A stretch of DNA of 64,000 bases, taken from NCBI RefSeq assembly GCF_009914755.1, contig NC_060939.1. One strand, 5' to 3'. Numbering within the stretch: the first letter of the stretch is position 1; the number at the start of each line of letters is the position of its first letter. Under the pieces are notes generated by a model. The model had not been told where the DNA came from, ran no database searches, and saw only the letters and a program-made list of their open reading frames with translations. This document shows, in pieces, positions 1 to 14,800 of this stretch. The translations under genes and the position numbers were made by a program. This DNA is from the human T2T-CHM13v2.0 reference genome, Homo sapiens.

Positions 1-109
1 CCAGGCTGGTCTTGAACTCCGGGGCTCAAGCCATCCACCTGCCTTGGCCTCCCAAAGTGCTAGAATTACAGGCGTGAGCCACCGTGCATGGCCTGATAAT
101 TTTAAATAG

Positions 110-362
110 GAGTTAGGATAGACCCCATTGAGAATGTAACATTTAAGTAAAACTTGAAGTAAGGGAATTACCCATATGGACATAGGGGCAAGAGCATTCT
201 GGGTAAGAAGAACCTGGCTTGAGTGAAGCAGTCAAGGGAGAGAAGCAGGAGATGGGTCAGCGAGGGAACTGGGGAGGGCCAGATTATATAAGGTCTGTAG
301 GCCATTGGGAGGACTTAAGTTTTCAGTTTGAGTGAAATTAGAGAGTTTTAAACAGAGAAGTG
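110..362. mobile_element. L2 LINE fragment
   Basis: Typical degenerate L2 3' region (gggcaagagcattctggg...gggccagattatataaggtctgtaggccatt...ttttaaacagagaagtg), recognised by eye. Confidence 0.6.
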
Positions 363-535
363 TCTCTTGAAGAACTTCACATACTATATCTTGAATTATT
401 CACCTCTTGGTATGAAATTTGTTGTGTCTTTAACATATTTCAGATGTGCGTATGATATTGATATTTAAGCCAGCTGGCTCTGCATGTATTTATGGTTAAG
501 GCTGCTCCTACATGTGCCTAAATTTGTTGGTGTAG

Positions 536-706
536 GGTCCTTCTCCCACACCTGAGGATGTCTCCATGAAGGAAGAGAATCTCTGCCAAGCTTTTTCTGA
601 TGCCTTGCTCTGCAAAATCGAGGACATTGATAACGAAGATTGGGAGAACCCTCAGCTCTGCAGTGACTACGTTAAGGATATCTATCAGTATCTCAGGCAG
701 CTGGAG
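536..706 (+). CDS. CCNB2: Cyclin B2 coding exon (exon 4): [25 protein letters not shown]...YQYLRQLE
   Basis: AG at 534-535, GT at 707-708, 171 nt (phase 0/0). Translation matches cyclin B2 including the LCQAFSD cytoplasmic-retention region. Confidence 0.97.
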
Positions 707-809
707 GTAGGTGGGCCTTTGTGTTTTGGTTGTATAAGCAATGTGGAATTTACCACACAGCTGGGAAGCAAACAAGGTCAGCTTTTTAAACTTTTGATTC
801 TACCCACAG

Positions 810-968
810 GTTTTGCAGTCCATAAACCCACATTTCTTAGATGGAAGAGATATAAATGGACGCATGCGTGCCATCCTAGTGGATTGGCTGGTACAAGTCC
901 ACTCCAAGTTTAGGCTTCTGCAGGAGACTCTGTACATGTGCGTTGGCATTATGGATCGATTTTTACAG
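810..968 (+). CDS. CCNB2: Cyclin B2 exon 5: [31 protein letters not shown]...DRFLQ
   Basis: cag|G acceptor, CAG|gtaggt donor, 159 nt. Contains the MRAIL cyclin-box hydrophobic patch. Confidence 0.98.
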
Positions 969-1819
969 GTAGGTGTGGCTTCAGGGACTTCACGCCAGTG
1001 GCTCATTGAACATTGCATTTATGCTTGGGGGATAGAAAACTAAAGTGGGTACTTCTGAAAAAAAGACCAAAAATCAAATTGTGAGAAGCCAAAGAACTTT
1101 GGGGACTAAAAAGGGAAGTAATCCAAGTGTGTCAAGCCTTTGATGATGCGGACCAATAATGGGCATTTCTGTAAGGCCAGCCAGCTAAAAAGTACTTGGG
1201 GGAAATATTGCATTGCCACAATCCTTCATCAGAGGAAATATACCATCAGTTGGGCTGAAAGTCCATCTGAAGCCTGTAGTGCCTTTGGATGCTGGTTTTC
1301 TGGGCCTGCTTGCACAATTTCCATAGTTTGGTGCTCTGGTGTTAAGTTTCCTCATCTGAAAAACGATGAGTTTGGCTGGAGAACCTCCACATTTCCAGCC
1401 AACTATGTCATTGAATCACTGTAGAAGAAGAAGGTGGCAGTATTTGTTTTTTTTAAAGGAGCAGGGGTTGTGTGTGGAGTGGACTGAGAATGTAGTGTAA
1501 TAAAGAGTAATATAAGAAAATAAGAGGCAAACATAATCTTCAGCATATTTATGAGTGGGTAATGCACAGCCCCTGACCTGTTAGAAGAGACAGCAGATAT
1601 AAATTGCCAGTGTGTTATCTACCAAACAATAGCCCTGCAGATAAGGTTTTATTTATTTAAAGTCAACATTCAGGATAGGGGTTTAGGTCAGGCACAAATT
1701 CTGTCCAAACAATGTAATAAAAATTACTTTACAATAATGACCCTGAGATACTACAAAATCCCAGGTAGCATGCATTCCTCTTTGGGCAGGAAAGCACAAC
1801 AGTATTTTAGGTAGGTTTC

Positions 1820-2127
<308 letters not shown>

Positions 2128-2419
2128 TAGATTTTTAATAATGAGAGTTGAAGCAAGAAAAGTACAGAGTTTGGGAGGAAAAAAAAAAAGCAATTAAGGG
2201 AAACGCTTTACCCTAGCCTGAGAGTCTGCCTGACTCCAAAGCATTAGCGAAAGATTTTCTAAGCTGAATAATGGGTATGCTTTTGGTAAGGATTAAGGAA
2301 ATGAGCCATCCATTAAATTCTCACTTTTTTCTTTGGCCTCATTTCTATTCAGACCATGTTTAGTGTGTCAGGCCAGGGCTGCCACAGATACTCAAGTCAG
2401 CATGAGGTTGTGGGAAGGG

Positions 2420-2625
2420 TGACTAGGAGCTTGGTATTCAGGCTTGGATTCTTCCCTTCTTGGCAATTGAATGATCTTGGCATGGTGTCTGAATCTGTTC
2501 TCAGGACATCTATTTGTAATCGAGGAATAAAATATGCCTTTCCTAGAATTTTTATGAGGATTGGGTGAGATAATATGTTAGAATCTTAGCACTGTGCCTA
2601 GCACACAGTGCTCAATTACAGATAG
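2420..2625 (+). mobile_element. MIR SINE (degenerate)
   Basis: MIR core-like gatcttgggc...tgaggattgggtgagataat...cttagcactgtgcctagcacacagtgctcaat. Confidence 0.65.
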
Positions 2626-2781
2626 CTGTCATGATCAGTGGTAGAACAGTCAGGTCTCCTGTGCCCTTATGAGCAAAGACAATGTGCACTTTTCCAGGAC
2701 TTGGTTTCCTTTCCCCTTCTCCCACCTAAAGCTTCACTCTTCTTGTTAGGTGTGACTTTTGTTACATTAATTTTCCATTAG

Positions 2782-3018
2782 GTTCAGCCAGTTTCCCGGA
2801 AGAAGCTTCAATTAGTTGGGATTACTGCTCTGCTCTTGGCTTCCAAGTATGAGGAGATGTTTTCTCCAAATATTGAAGACTTTGTTTACATCACAGACAA
2901 TGCTTATACCAGTTCCCAAATCCGAGAAATGGAAACTCTAATTTTGAAAGAATTGAAATTTGAGTTGGGTCGACCCTTGCCACTACACTTCTTAAGGCGA
3001 GCATCAAAAGCCGGGGAG
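2782..3018 (+). CDS. CCNB2: Cyclin B2 exon 6: [26 protein letters not shown]...RRASKAGE
   Basis: tag|G acceptor, GAG|gtaagt donor, 237 nt. LQLVG and ASKYEE cyclin-box motifs. Confidence 0.98.
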
Positions 3019-3319
3019 GTAAGTGCCTCCAGCTCTGTAAGAGACTATTTTTGCTTGGTGTCTCATCCCAGAAACCTTGACCTAATTTAAGGAAAGCTTA
3101 TTTATAGGACGCTTCCTTTAGGTAAGTCTTAATGCTTTCCTCATCAGTTCTTAAGAGAAAAGGCCTCATGATCTATGTTTACAACATAGTGTGGAATAGA
3201 GTAATTCTTGAGAAGGATAAGTGAGTCAAGTGAATTGGAGTTCCTAGGCCTTCACGCAGAATTTTGCAAGACAGTAATTACACTTGTGATTCTTACTATC
3301 CCTTGCTGTTCTTTCTTAG

Positions 3320-3460
3320 GTTGATGTTGAACAGCACACTTTAGCCAAGTATTTGATGGAGCTGACTCTCATCGACTATGATATGGTGCATTATCATCCT
3401 TCTAAGGTAGCAGCAGCTGCTTCCTGCTTGTCTCAGAAGGTTCTAGGACAAGGAAAATGG
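3320..3460 (+). CDS. CCNB2: Cyclin B2 exon 7: [17 protein letters not shown]...VLGQGKW
   Basis: ttcttag acceptor, TGG|gtgagt donor, 141 nt, in frame with exon 6. Confidence 0.97.
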
Positions 3461-3552
3461 GTGAGTGGTGGATTTAAGAAGAAACTAATTAGGCTATATT
3501 TTAGTCCTTCGTAATACAAAAGGCCTTAGCATTTTTACAACACTATCCTTGA

Positions 3553-3860
<308 letters not shown>

Positions 3861-3909
3861 TGAAGCAATTGTTTAAAGTCCAAAGTCCTAAAGGAAAACT
3901 ACTTGGAGA

Positions 3910-4032
3910 GGGGCATGGGGGCTTGTGCTTGTAGTTCTAGCTACTTGGGAGGCTGAGGGAGGAGGATCATTTGAGCCCAGGCCCAGGAGTTCAAGTCTAT
4001 CCTGGGGAACACAGAGAGACCCTTGTCTCTTG
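3910..4032 (+). mobile_element. FLAM-like Alu monomer
   Basis: gggcatggggg...cccaggagttcaagtctatcctgggg...cttgtctct. Confidence 0.7.
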
Positions 4033-4499
4033 GGAAAGAAAGCAAGCAAGCTGCTTGGAACAGTTCACATAGAAGTGAGTTGACTATACATACTAAGGTG
4101 CATGTGTGCAGTATAGAGTTGTACAGAATGAGGAAGGCCACTAAGAACTGACATGTATGATTTCTTAGATATTACGTTAAGTGAAACAAGCAAGTTGTCA
4201 AGCACACAAGACAAAGGAAGGCCAAGGCCTGACTGATTTAGCCAGTAAGAATAGAATGAGCCACTTGTAGATTTAGAAGAGTAGCCAAGGATGGCAGCTC
4301 CTCGGGTCTTTGTTTCACATGGCAAAAAGGATAATGTGGAAACAAATGGAGCTGGATGGCTGCAATGCAAGTCACAGGTACACTGTTGTGGAGAAGCCAG
4401 TTCTAGACCACCGCTAAACAGTCTTCTAGTCTGCAGTTATACCCTGAGAGCAGTACAATAGAAAACCTCATCAGAACCTAGGGGATACGAAGCTGTCTT

Positions 4500-4800
4500 G
4501 GCCGGGTGCCATGCCAGTAATCCCAGCACTTTGGGAAGCCAAGGTGGACAGATCACCTGAGGTCAGGAGTTTGAGACCAGCCTGGCCAACATGGCAAAAC
4601 CCCCGTCTCTACTAAAAATACAAAAATTAGCCAGGCATGGTGGCAGCTGCCTGTAATCCAGGCTACTCTGGAGGCCTAGGCATAAGAATCACTTGAACCC
4701 GGAAGACAAAAGTTGCTTTGAGCCAAGATCGTGCTACTGCACTCCAGCCTGGCGGACAGGGCGAGACTCTGTCTCCAAAAAAAATATAAAAAAGAAGAAG
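4500..4800 (+). mobile_element. AluS-like SINE
   Basis: ggccgggtgcc...cacctgaggtcaggagttt...A-tail. Flanking gaag(c/t)tgtct(t/c)g resembles a TSD. Confidence 0.9.
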
Positions 4801-5029
4801 TTGTCTCGTGACAGCCTCCCAGGGGAGATAGGGAGGTGAGTGGGAGATGGCTGGGCGGCAGCTCTGCCCACACCTGCCATCTCCTCCTTTTTCAGGAGGA
4901 TCACAAAGCATTTTGCCAGGACAGATCAGCTGTGGTTCAGGCCTTGGCCTGTGTGGCCTATATGGATATAGGCAAGGTCACCAGGGCAGCATGGTGGAGC
5001 TGTTCACCTAAACAATGTATATTGTAGTT

Positions 5030-7440
5030 TACATTTTATGCAAGAAAGTGTGTGTATGTATATATATTTATATATTTGTTAATTTTTTGGTACGGGAGGA
5101 ATAAACCAGAAAGAATGAAAGTGGAAACTATGGGGTTCTTTGGGAATAGGGTGGAGGTTGAGGATGAGAGGACTTCTGATTGTAACCTTTTATTGACTTT
5201 ATAATACAGTGTAACTTTTTTGACTTTTGAACAATGTAAATATTTTATGCAAACTTTAAATTGTAATTAAGTGGAAATAAACAATGTAACTACATGTGAA
5301 ATTGGTAACAGAACACAGAGGAAAGAATTAATTTAAGTACTTGTTGCTTGAGCCCAGCCTGGGTAGCGTAGCAAGACCCCCATCTCTATAAAAAATTAAA
5401 AAATTAGCTGGGTATGGTGGCACACACCTGTAGTCCTAGTTACTCAGGAGGCTGAGGCAGGAGGATTGCTTGAGCCCAGGAGTTCAAGGCTGAAGTAGCT
5501 ATGATCCTGCCAGTGCACTCCAACCTGGGCAACAGAGCAAAACCCTGTCTCCAAAAAAAAAAAAAAAAAACAAATCTGTAACCTGAACACAGCATTCTGA
5601 CTGTGCATCCTTAGTGGGATTTAAAGTATGACAAAATAAAGGACTAAAGTGGTAACATCAAGTTTACTTAGTAGGTTCATTGTTAATAGTAATCTGTTAT
5701 TATAATTTTGGAACTAGTTTATGTGTATTGTAGGATAAAACAAATTTATTCATGTTATTAAGGACTAAAATTTTCAATATAGGAAGAGTTTTAAATTATT
5801 AATTCATTAATTTTTTCTTATACAGGGTCTTGCTTTGTCATCCAGGCTGGAGTGCAGTGCTGCTGTCACAGCTCACTGCAGCCTCAATTGCCTGGGCTCA
5901 AGTGATCCTCCCACTTCAGCCTCCCACGTAACTGGGACCCAGCCACACGCCATCATGCCTGGCTAATTTTAAAGTTTTTTTGTAGAGATTAGCTCTCCCT
6001 GTGTTGCCCAGGCTGGTCTCGAACTCCTAGGCTCAAGTGATCTTCTCGCCTTGGCCTCCCAAAGTGCTGGGATTACAGACGTGAGCCACTGTGCCTGGCC
6101 TAAGAGAGAAAATATTAACAATTAAAAACAAAAGGTTAGTCCTCACGTAGGAAATAGCAAAACAAAAACAAAGGAAAACCCCTATTATGTTTTGGAAATA
6201 ACAGCAAATTCATAATAAAGGGTCTCAGAAACAGTGACAACTCAGTAGTAGTGAGCATATTTAGTGCCCACATCTTGGATACTAAATACCATTATCTACT
6301 GGCAACTAGGGCTGTTTAGTGAAATTGCTGATTTCAGGGCTATGGCAGGGGAAGTACAAGGTGAGCCTAGAACAATTTGTGCCAGATAGCACACAAATTC
6401 TCAAAGATCAATGAGGTCACATCAAAAGGACATAGGAGAGCTGGTCATGGTAGCATGTGCCTATAGTCCCAGCTACTCAGGAGGCTGAGGCAGGATCCCT
6501 TGAGCCCAGGAGTTGGAGGCTGCATTGACCTATGATTGCACCACAATAAAATAGGAAGGAAGGGAAGGAGGGAGATAGGAACTGGCTTGAAAGGACTCTG
6601 GCTGACTGAATTAGAGCATTAAAAAGAATAATGACAGTAATAGATTATAGTGTATAAAAAAAAGGATTCCTGGGACCATAATGACATAAAAAATAAAAGA
6701 GGGGTTCATTTTTAAAAATCAGAATACCAGCTAATTAAAGTAGAATGATAGAGTTAGAAACCACTAATTTTCAACCTGTAATGTAATAATTTATTCAAGC
6801 AAGGTGCATCAATGAATGCAAAAATCATTAGATGGAATAATTTTGGGAAACAAGATTCACGTGGTCTCAATTTATCATCCCATAGATACTTATTAATTCT
6901 GTAACAAAACTGCACATCTATGATGAAGTGGTCTGGTGGTTTCCACCTTCACCCAGTGATTAAGCTCAGCATTACCACTGGCAGACGACCTGAGTTGCCA
7001 TGCCGTGTTGTGCAGTAAGATGTATACATTATCACCTATTCATGCCCAAAATGTTTGACATGAATTAAATCTTGAGGAAATATGCAAATCCAGAATGTGA
7101 GACATTTTAAAAGGAACTGCCTCGATGCTTAAAAAAAAAAAGTCACTGGTGACAGTGTTTCTTATGTGAGAATGGTGTTATGGATAGGTACGAAAACGTA
7201 CTTTTTAGAATATGCTTCTGAAACATTTAGCAGGGATGTGCTGTGATATCTGCAAATCGCTTTCAAATGGCATAGCAAAAATTGTGTGTGAGTATACACA
7301 GAGAGGGAGAGGAGGGAAACGTGGCACATGTTCATGATTGATCAGTCTACATGAAGGATATATAGAGGATCATTCTTTCAGTTTTTCTGTAGATTTGGAA
7401 TTTTTTGAAATAAATAAAACATTTGAGGCAAAAATGTCAC
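5030..7440 (+). mobile_element. Old L1M fragments interrupted by Alus (5345-5570 +, 5815-6101 -, 6438-6545 +)
   Basis: A-rich degenerate LINE-1 3'-type sequence (aaatccagaatgtgagacatt; gaattttttgaaataaataaaac) interleaved with Alu sequence. Confidence 0.55.
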
Positions 7441-7607
7441 TGGTACATGGTACCAATGGCTCATTTTTAGTCACCTTACTCTTAAATGTGCTTCGCTCTC
7501 CCAGTTTTCTGAGAATTTATTTCAAAAGGCTAGAAATTGTGCATTATTTCAGTTTTTACTCGTTTCCTCTTTCTTCCCTTCAAAGTATTTTAGGATTAAA
7601 TTGTGTA

Positions 7608-8227
<620 letters not shown>

Positions 8228-8318
8228 TTAAATTGTGGTTTATTTTGCCAATTATACCATGCATATGAAAAAAACGTACTTTCGCTTTTAGAATTTTTGT
8301 CACAGAACTCTTAAATAA

Positions 8319-8928
<610 letters not shown>

Positions 8929-9609
8929 AATTTATATATCTTCTTACATGATACATCTTATTATCAATTGACAGCTGTTCTTTTACTTGAATTTTACTCT
9001 TTGGGAGGCTAGGTCACAAGGCTTGGTGTGGTAGTGTCTAAGTTCTCTCTGCTGTTTGGTGCTTAACTACACAGGGTTCAACAAGAGAATCATAGGTAGT
9101 CCTAGTTCTTCTGGATTTGATAGATTGTTGCTTGTAGCACAGTTTATTTCTTATTTCCGAACATCTTTCCCTGACTGACAGTATGTCTGTTTGGGCTCTT
9201 GAGCTCATAACAGGGACAGCTGGGCAGGGCTTTGATGCAGGGTTGTGTGAGATGTGGCCAGCACTGTAAAGGGGCACTTTGTTTTAAGTGTCTCCTTTTC
9301 CATCCCCTTTCAGTGTTGTTACTTGAAGGACTCTTACCTGTGCAACGTCTTTGAAAGATCGTATGGGACCTTTGGCACTTGATTTAGTCTGGTCTCAGGG
9401 CCAGAATCATCTTGCATTTACCAGCTGCTTTAGTGTTGCTGGTACTGTGAGAGTGGTTAGGGCTTTGATTGAATTTCCAGAAGGTAAGAATATTCTTGTA
9501 CAGCTTTTACATAAGTAATGTCATCATGTACAAGATGTGTTCTTCTAAAGAAGCAGAGGTTTTCTCTTGCCCCTCAGTCATGTCTGTCTGTCTGCTTCTT
9601 GTGTTTCAG

Positions 9610-9720
9610 AACTTAAAGCAGCAGTATTACACAGGATACACAGAGAATGAAGTATTGGAAGTCATGCAGCACATGGCCAAGAATGTGGTGAAAGTAAATG
9701 AAAACTTAACTAAATTCATC
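9610..9720 (+). CDS. CCNB2: Cyclin B2 exon 8: [37 protein letters not shown]
   Basis: tttcag acceptor, ATC|gtaagt donor, 111 nt. Confidence 0.97.
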
Positions 9721-10859
9721 GTAAGTACTACTGTTTTCTTAAGCTGTGGAAAGCTTTAGGTTCTGGGTTTTGTGTGTATGTTGGGCGGGGGGGGGCGGTG
9801 TGTGCCGTCATGTAAATATATTAATAACATGTGGGAGTTTTAGCACAAATCCTTTATCCTTTATATTTTTCTGGTACAGTATGGTATGGAGCATACTGAT
9901 AAACCCTGAAAGCAAGCTTTATTTGAAACAAGGTCGATAGGCTAGCCATGTCCAGGCCCAGATCCCAGTCAACCAGTCGGTTACTCAATGTATTGAATTA
10001 CTCTGTGCTTATACTAGCATCCTGGGGAGGGCACTTTGCAAGCAGGGAAGGCTGGTCTGCATGTGATTGGGAAGAGAGAGGGCCCACTTCAAATGGCGGT
10101 GTATTATATTGCGTATTCAGGTGATGTTACTCAGAGCCTTTGTCCAGGGTCTTTTGAGGCAATGATGGAAAAACGCCTAATTAGCAAGCATGGTTAAGAG
10201 GGAAGAGGCCCATTCAGGGGGCATCCTGAGGGCATGGTGTCTATCTCTGCATGGCCCACCTATGAGGAGGAGCCAAAGGAGACTTAGTGCTGTCCTGTGC
10301 TTGTGTGACACCAAACATCAGAGCTCACCAAGTGTGTGGTGGCAAAGAGCAAGGTATTTGAACCTCAGAAGAGTCTCAAGTGTCCTCACAACATGATTTG
10401 CTTCATGGAAGTGTAATATGTGTTCAGTCCTGAGAGGACTGTCTGGGATTTGTTAAGCACTAGTTGCCACCCTCTTTTATTGTCTTTTATTGTCTTTTAA
10501 TTGTTCCTATTGCTGCCAGGCCTGGTGAACCTGTTATGTCCTGATGGCACTTAGGTGTCGTAAACACAGCTCCCCCTCCCATCCCTCTGGTAGCCTACAA
10601 GAGGAAGCCTGCTACTTGGACCTTGAAATCATTTGTTCCTATCACCTGTGCTACCAGCTGTGTTTTATTCATTAATGGGGATGGAAGGAAATGGTCAGGC
10701 ACATGTTATGAGCCCAGAGCTTTCACTGGCTTCAGCGATTGGGCATCATCAATGTGATCATGATTGTAGCCGTGGACCTTTGATAATTGTGAGTTAGACT
10801 AGGAATAAGGTATCATTGGGGGTTCCTGACATGTGCTTAATCACAAATGACTTCTGCAG

Positions 10860-10970
10860 GCCATCAAGAATAAGTATGCAAGCAGCAAACTCCTGAAGAT
10901 CAGCATGATCCCTCAGCTGAACTCAAAAGCCGTCAAAGACCTTGCCTCCCCACTGATAGGAAGGTCCTAG
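10860..10970 (+). CDS. CCNB2: Cyclin B2 terminal coding exon 9: [36 protein letters not shown]
   Basis: ctgcag acceptor, TAG at 10968-10970. Matches the cyclin B2 C-terminus. Confidence 0.97.
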   Translation, partial: AIKNKYASSKLLKISMIPQLNSKAVKDLASPLIGRS

Positions 10971-11110
10971 GCTGCCGTGGCCCCTGGGGATGTGTGCTTC
11001 ATTGTGCCCTTTTTCTTATTGGTTTAGAACTCTTGATTTTGTACATAGTCCTCTGGTCTATCTCATGAAACCTCTTCTCAGACCAGTTTTCTAAACATAT
11101 ATTGAGGAAA

Positions 11111-11116
11111 AATAAA
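11111..11116 (+). terminator. CCNB2: CCNB2 polyadenylation signal AATAAA (3'UTR about 10971-11137)
   Basis: AATAAA 140 nt after the stop codon, followed by a U/GU-rich tract (tgtgtatttatttgtgt, about 11144-11160). Confidence 0.88.
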
Positions 11117-11856
11117 GCGATTGGTTTTTCTTAAGGTATCCCATGTGTATTTATTTGTGTATTCTGTACTTAAGAAATCAGTGAAAGCTTGCTTTGACTA
11201 ATTTCTTTTTGAGCTGTTATGAATAGCATGTAAATTACTGCCATTATGGCTTGGGCAAGACCTTTTTACCATTTTCTCAAATGGAAAAAACTAGAACTTG
11301 GCCTCAGTGAACACTAAACCTATTCCTAAGCTTCTTGAATACAAATAAGTTTATTATGAAAATTTTAAATGGGAGGATAACCATGACACTTTCCTTTCTA
11401 GAAGCTAGTCAGCTGCTCTCTAATTCCTGCATAGGAACGCCTGGCCCAGAGCAACCCTTGTAATGGGTCCCTCTCTCAAATGCATTGTTGAGACCAGAGA
11501 GAGCCATCCCATGGGTCACAGCTGGAGAAAATGGGCCCGTGGCATCCTGTTCAAGGTGAAGCTTGGCATGCATTTTTTCAGGTACATTATGGGGTAAATG
11601 GCTTTGCATTTTTTTGTTTGGTTGGTTTTTAATGGGCATTGAACTTTTTTTTTTTTTAATTGAAGTTCTGGGGTACATGTGCAGAACATGCAGGTTTGTT
11701 ACATAAGTATACATGTGCCATGGTGGTTTGCTGCACCCATCACCCTGTCATCTACATTAGGTATTTCTCCTAATGCTATCTCTCCCTTAGTCCCCCACCC
11801 CGTGACAGGCCCCTGGCAGGGGTTTTCCCCTCCATGTGTCCATGTATTCTCATTGT

Positions 11857-14800
11857 TCAACTCCCATTTATGAGTGAGAACATGAAGCGTTTGGTTTTCT
11901 GTTCTTGTGTTAGTTTGCTGAGAATGATGGTTTCCAGCTTCATCCGTGTTCCTGCAGAGGACATGAATTCATCCTTTTTTATGGTTGCATAGTATTCCAT
12001 GGTGTATATGTGCCACATTTTCTTTATCCAGTCTGTCACTGATGGGCATTTGGGCTGGTTCCAAGTCCTTGCTATTGTGAACAGTGTCGCAATAAACATA
12101 TGTGTGCATGTGTCTTTATAGTAGAATGATTTATAATTCTTTGGGTATATACCCAGTAATGGGATTGCTGGCTCAAATGGTATTTCTAGTTCTAGATCCT
12201 TAAGGAATCACCACACTGTCTTCCACAATGGTTGAACTAATTTACACTCGCACCAACAGTGTAAAAGTATTCCTATTTCTCCACATCCTCTCCAGCATCT
12301 GTTGTTCCCTGACATTTTAATGATCGCCATTCTAACTGGCATGAGATGGTATCTCATTGTGGTTTGGATTTGCATTTCTCTAATGACCAGTGATGATGAG
12401 CATTTTTTCATATGTTTGTTGACTGCATAAATGTCTTCTTTGGAGAAGTATCTGTTCATATCCTTTGTCTACTTTTTGATGTTTTTTTTTTTTCTTGTAA
12501 ATTTGTTTAAGTTCTTTGTGGCCTCTGGATAGTAGCCCTGTGTCAGATGGATAGATGGCAAAAATTTTCTCCCATTCTGTAGGCTGCCTGTTCACTCTGA
12601 TGGTAGTTTCTTTTGCTGTGCAGAAACCCTTTAGTTTAATTCAATCCCATTTGTCAATTGTGGCTTTGTTGCCATTGCTTTTGGTGATTTAGCTATGAAG
12701 TCTTTGCCCATGTCTATGTCCTGAATGGTATTGCCTAGGTTTTCTTCTAGGGTTTTAATGGTTTTAGGTCTTACATTTAAGTCTTTAATCCATCTTGAGT
12801 TAATTTTTGTAAAAGGTATACCAGTATAAGGGATCCCGTTTCAGCTTTCTAAATATGGCTAGCCAGTTTTCCCAACACCATTTATTAAATAGGGATTCCT
12901 TTCCCCATTGCTTGTTGTTGTCAGGTTTGTCAAAGTTCAGATGGTTGTAGATGTGTGCTGATATTTCTGAGGCCTCTGTTCTGTTCCATTGGACTATATA
13001 TCTGTTTTGGTACCAGTACCATGCCGTTTTGGTTACTGTAGCCTTGTAGTATAGTTTGAAGTCAGGTAGCATGTTGCCTCCAGCTTTGTTCTTTTTGCTT
13101 AGGATTGTCTTGGCTATGCGGCCTCTTTTTTGGTTCCATATGAAATTTAAAGTAGTTTTTTCCAATTGTGTGAAGAAAGTCAGTGGTAGCTTGATGCAGA
13201 TAGCATTGAATCTATAAATTACTTTGGGTAGTATGGCCATTTTCATGCTATCGATTCTTCCTATCCATGAGCATGGAATGTTTTTCCATTTGTTTTTGTC
13301 CTCTGTTATTTCCTTGAGCAGTGGTTTGTAGTTCTCTTTGAAGAGGTCCTTCACATCCCTTTTAAGTTGGATTGCTAGGTATTTTGTTCTCTTTGTAGGC
13401 ATTGTGAATGTGAGTTCACTCATGATTTGGCTGTGTCTGTTGTTGGTGTATAGGAATGCTAGTGATTTTTGCACATTGAGTTTGTATCCTGAGACTTTGC
13501 TGAAGTTGCTTATCAGCTTAGGGAGATTTTGGGCTGAGATACTGGGGTTTTCTAAATATAGAATCACGTCATCTGCAAACAGAGACAATTTGACTTCCTC
13601 TTTTCCTAATTGAATACCCTTTATTTCCTTCTCATGTCTGATTGGCCTGGCCAGAAGTTCCAATACTGTGTTGAATAAGAATGGTGAGAGAAGGCATCCT
13701 TGTCTTGTGCCAGTTTTCAAAGGGAATGCTTCCAGTTTCTGCTCATTCAGTATGATATTGGCTGTGGGTTTGTCATAAATAGCTCTTATTATTTTGAGAT
13801 ACGTTCCATCAATACCTAGTTTATTGAGAGTTTTTAGCATGAAGCAGTGTTGAATTTTGTCAAAGGCCTTTTCTGCATCAATTGAGATAATCGTGGTTTT
13901 TGTCACTGGTTCTGCTTATGTGATGGATTACGTTTATTGATTTGCGTATGTTGAACCAGCCTCGTATCCCAGGGATGAAGCCGACTTGATCACAGTGGAT
14001 AAGCTTTTTGATGTGCTGCTGGATTCAGTTTGCCAGTATTGTATTGACGATTTTTGTGTCGATGTTCATCAGGGATTTTGGCCTAAAATTTTCTTTTTTT
14101 GTTGTGTCTCTGCCAGGTTTTGGCATTAGGATGATGCTGGCCTCATAAAATGAGTGAGGGAGGATTCCCTCTTTTTCTATTGTTTGGAATAGTTTCAGAA
14201 GGAATGGTACCAGCTCCTCTTTTTACCTCTGGTAGAATTTGGCTGCTAATCAGTCGGGTCCTGGACTTTTATGGTTGGTAGGCTATTAATTACTGCCTCA
14301 ATTTCAGAACTTGTTATTGGTCTATTCAGGGATTCGACTTCTTCCTGGTTTAGTCTTGGGAGCGTGTGTGTGTCCAGGAATTTATCCATTTCTTCTAGAT
14401 TTTCTAGTTTATTTGCGTAGAGGTGTTCATAGTATTCTCTGATGGTAGTTTACATTACTGTGGGATTGGTGGTGATATCCCCTTTATCATTTTTTATTGT
14501 GTCTATTTGATTCTTCTCTCTTTTCTTCTTTATTAGTCTGGCTAGCGGTCTTTGAAATTTTGTTGATCTTTTCAAAAAACCAGCTCCTGGATTCACTGAT
14601 TTTTTTTGAAGGGTTTTTTTGTGTCTCTGTCTCCTTCAGTTCTGCTCCGATCTTAGTTATTTCTTGCCTTCTGCTAGCTTTTGAATATGCTTGCTGTTGC
14701 TTCTCTGGTTCTTTTAATTGTGATGTTAGAGTGTCGATTTTGGATCATTCCTGCTTTCACTTGTGGGCATTTAGTGCTATAAATTTCCCTCTACACACTG

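Noticed and set aside
12800-13906. 368-aa reverse transcriptase ORF as an active or domesticated RT
   Set aside because: It is a fragment of a frameshifted L1 ORF2. ORF1 and the endonuclease are also broken, so the element is retrotransposition-dead.
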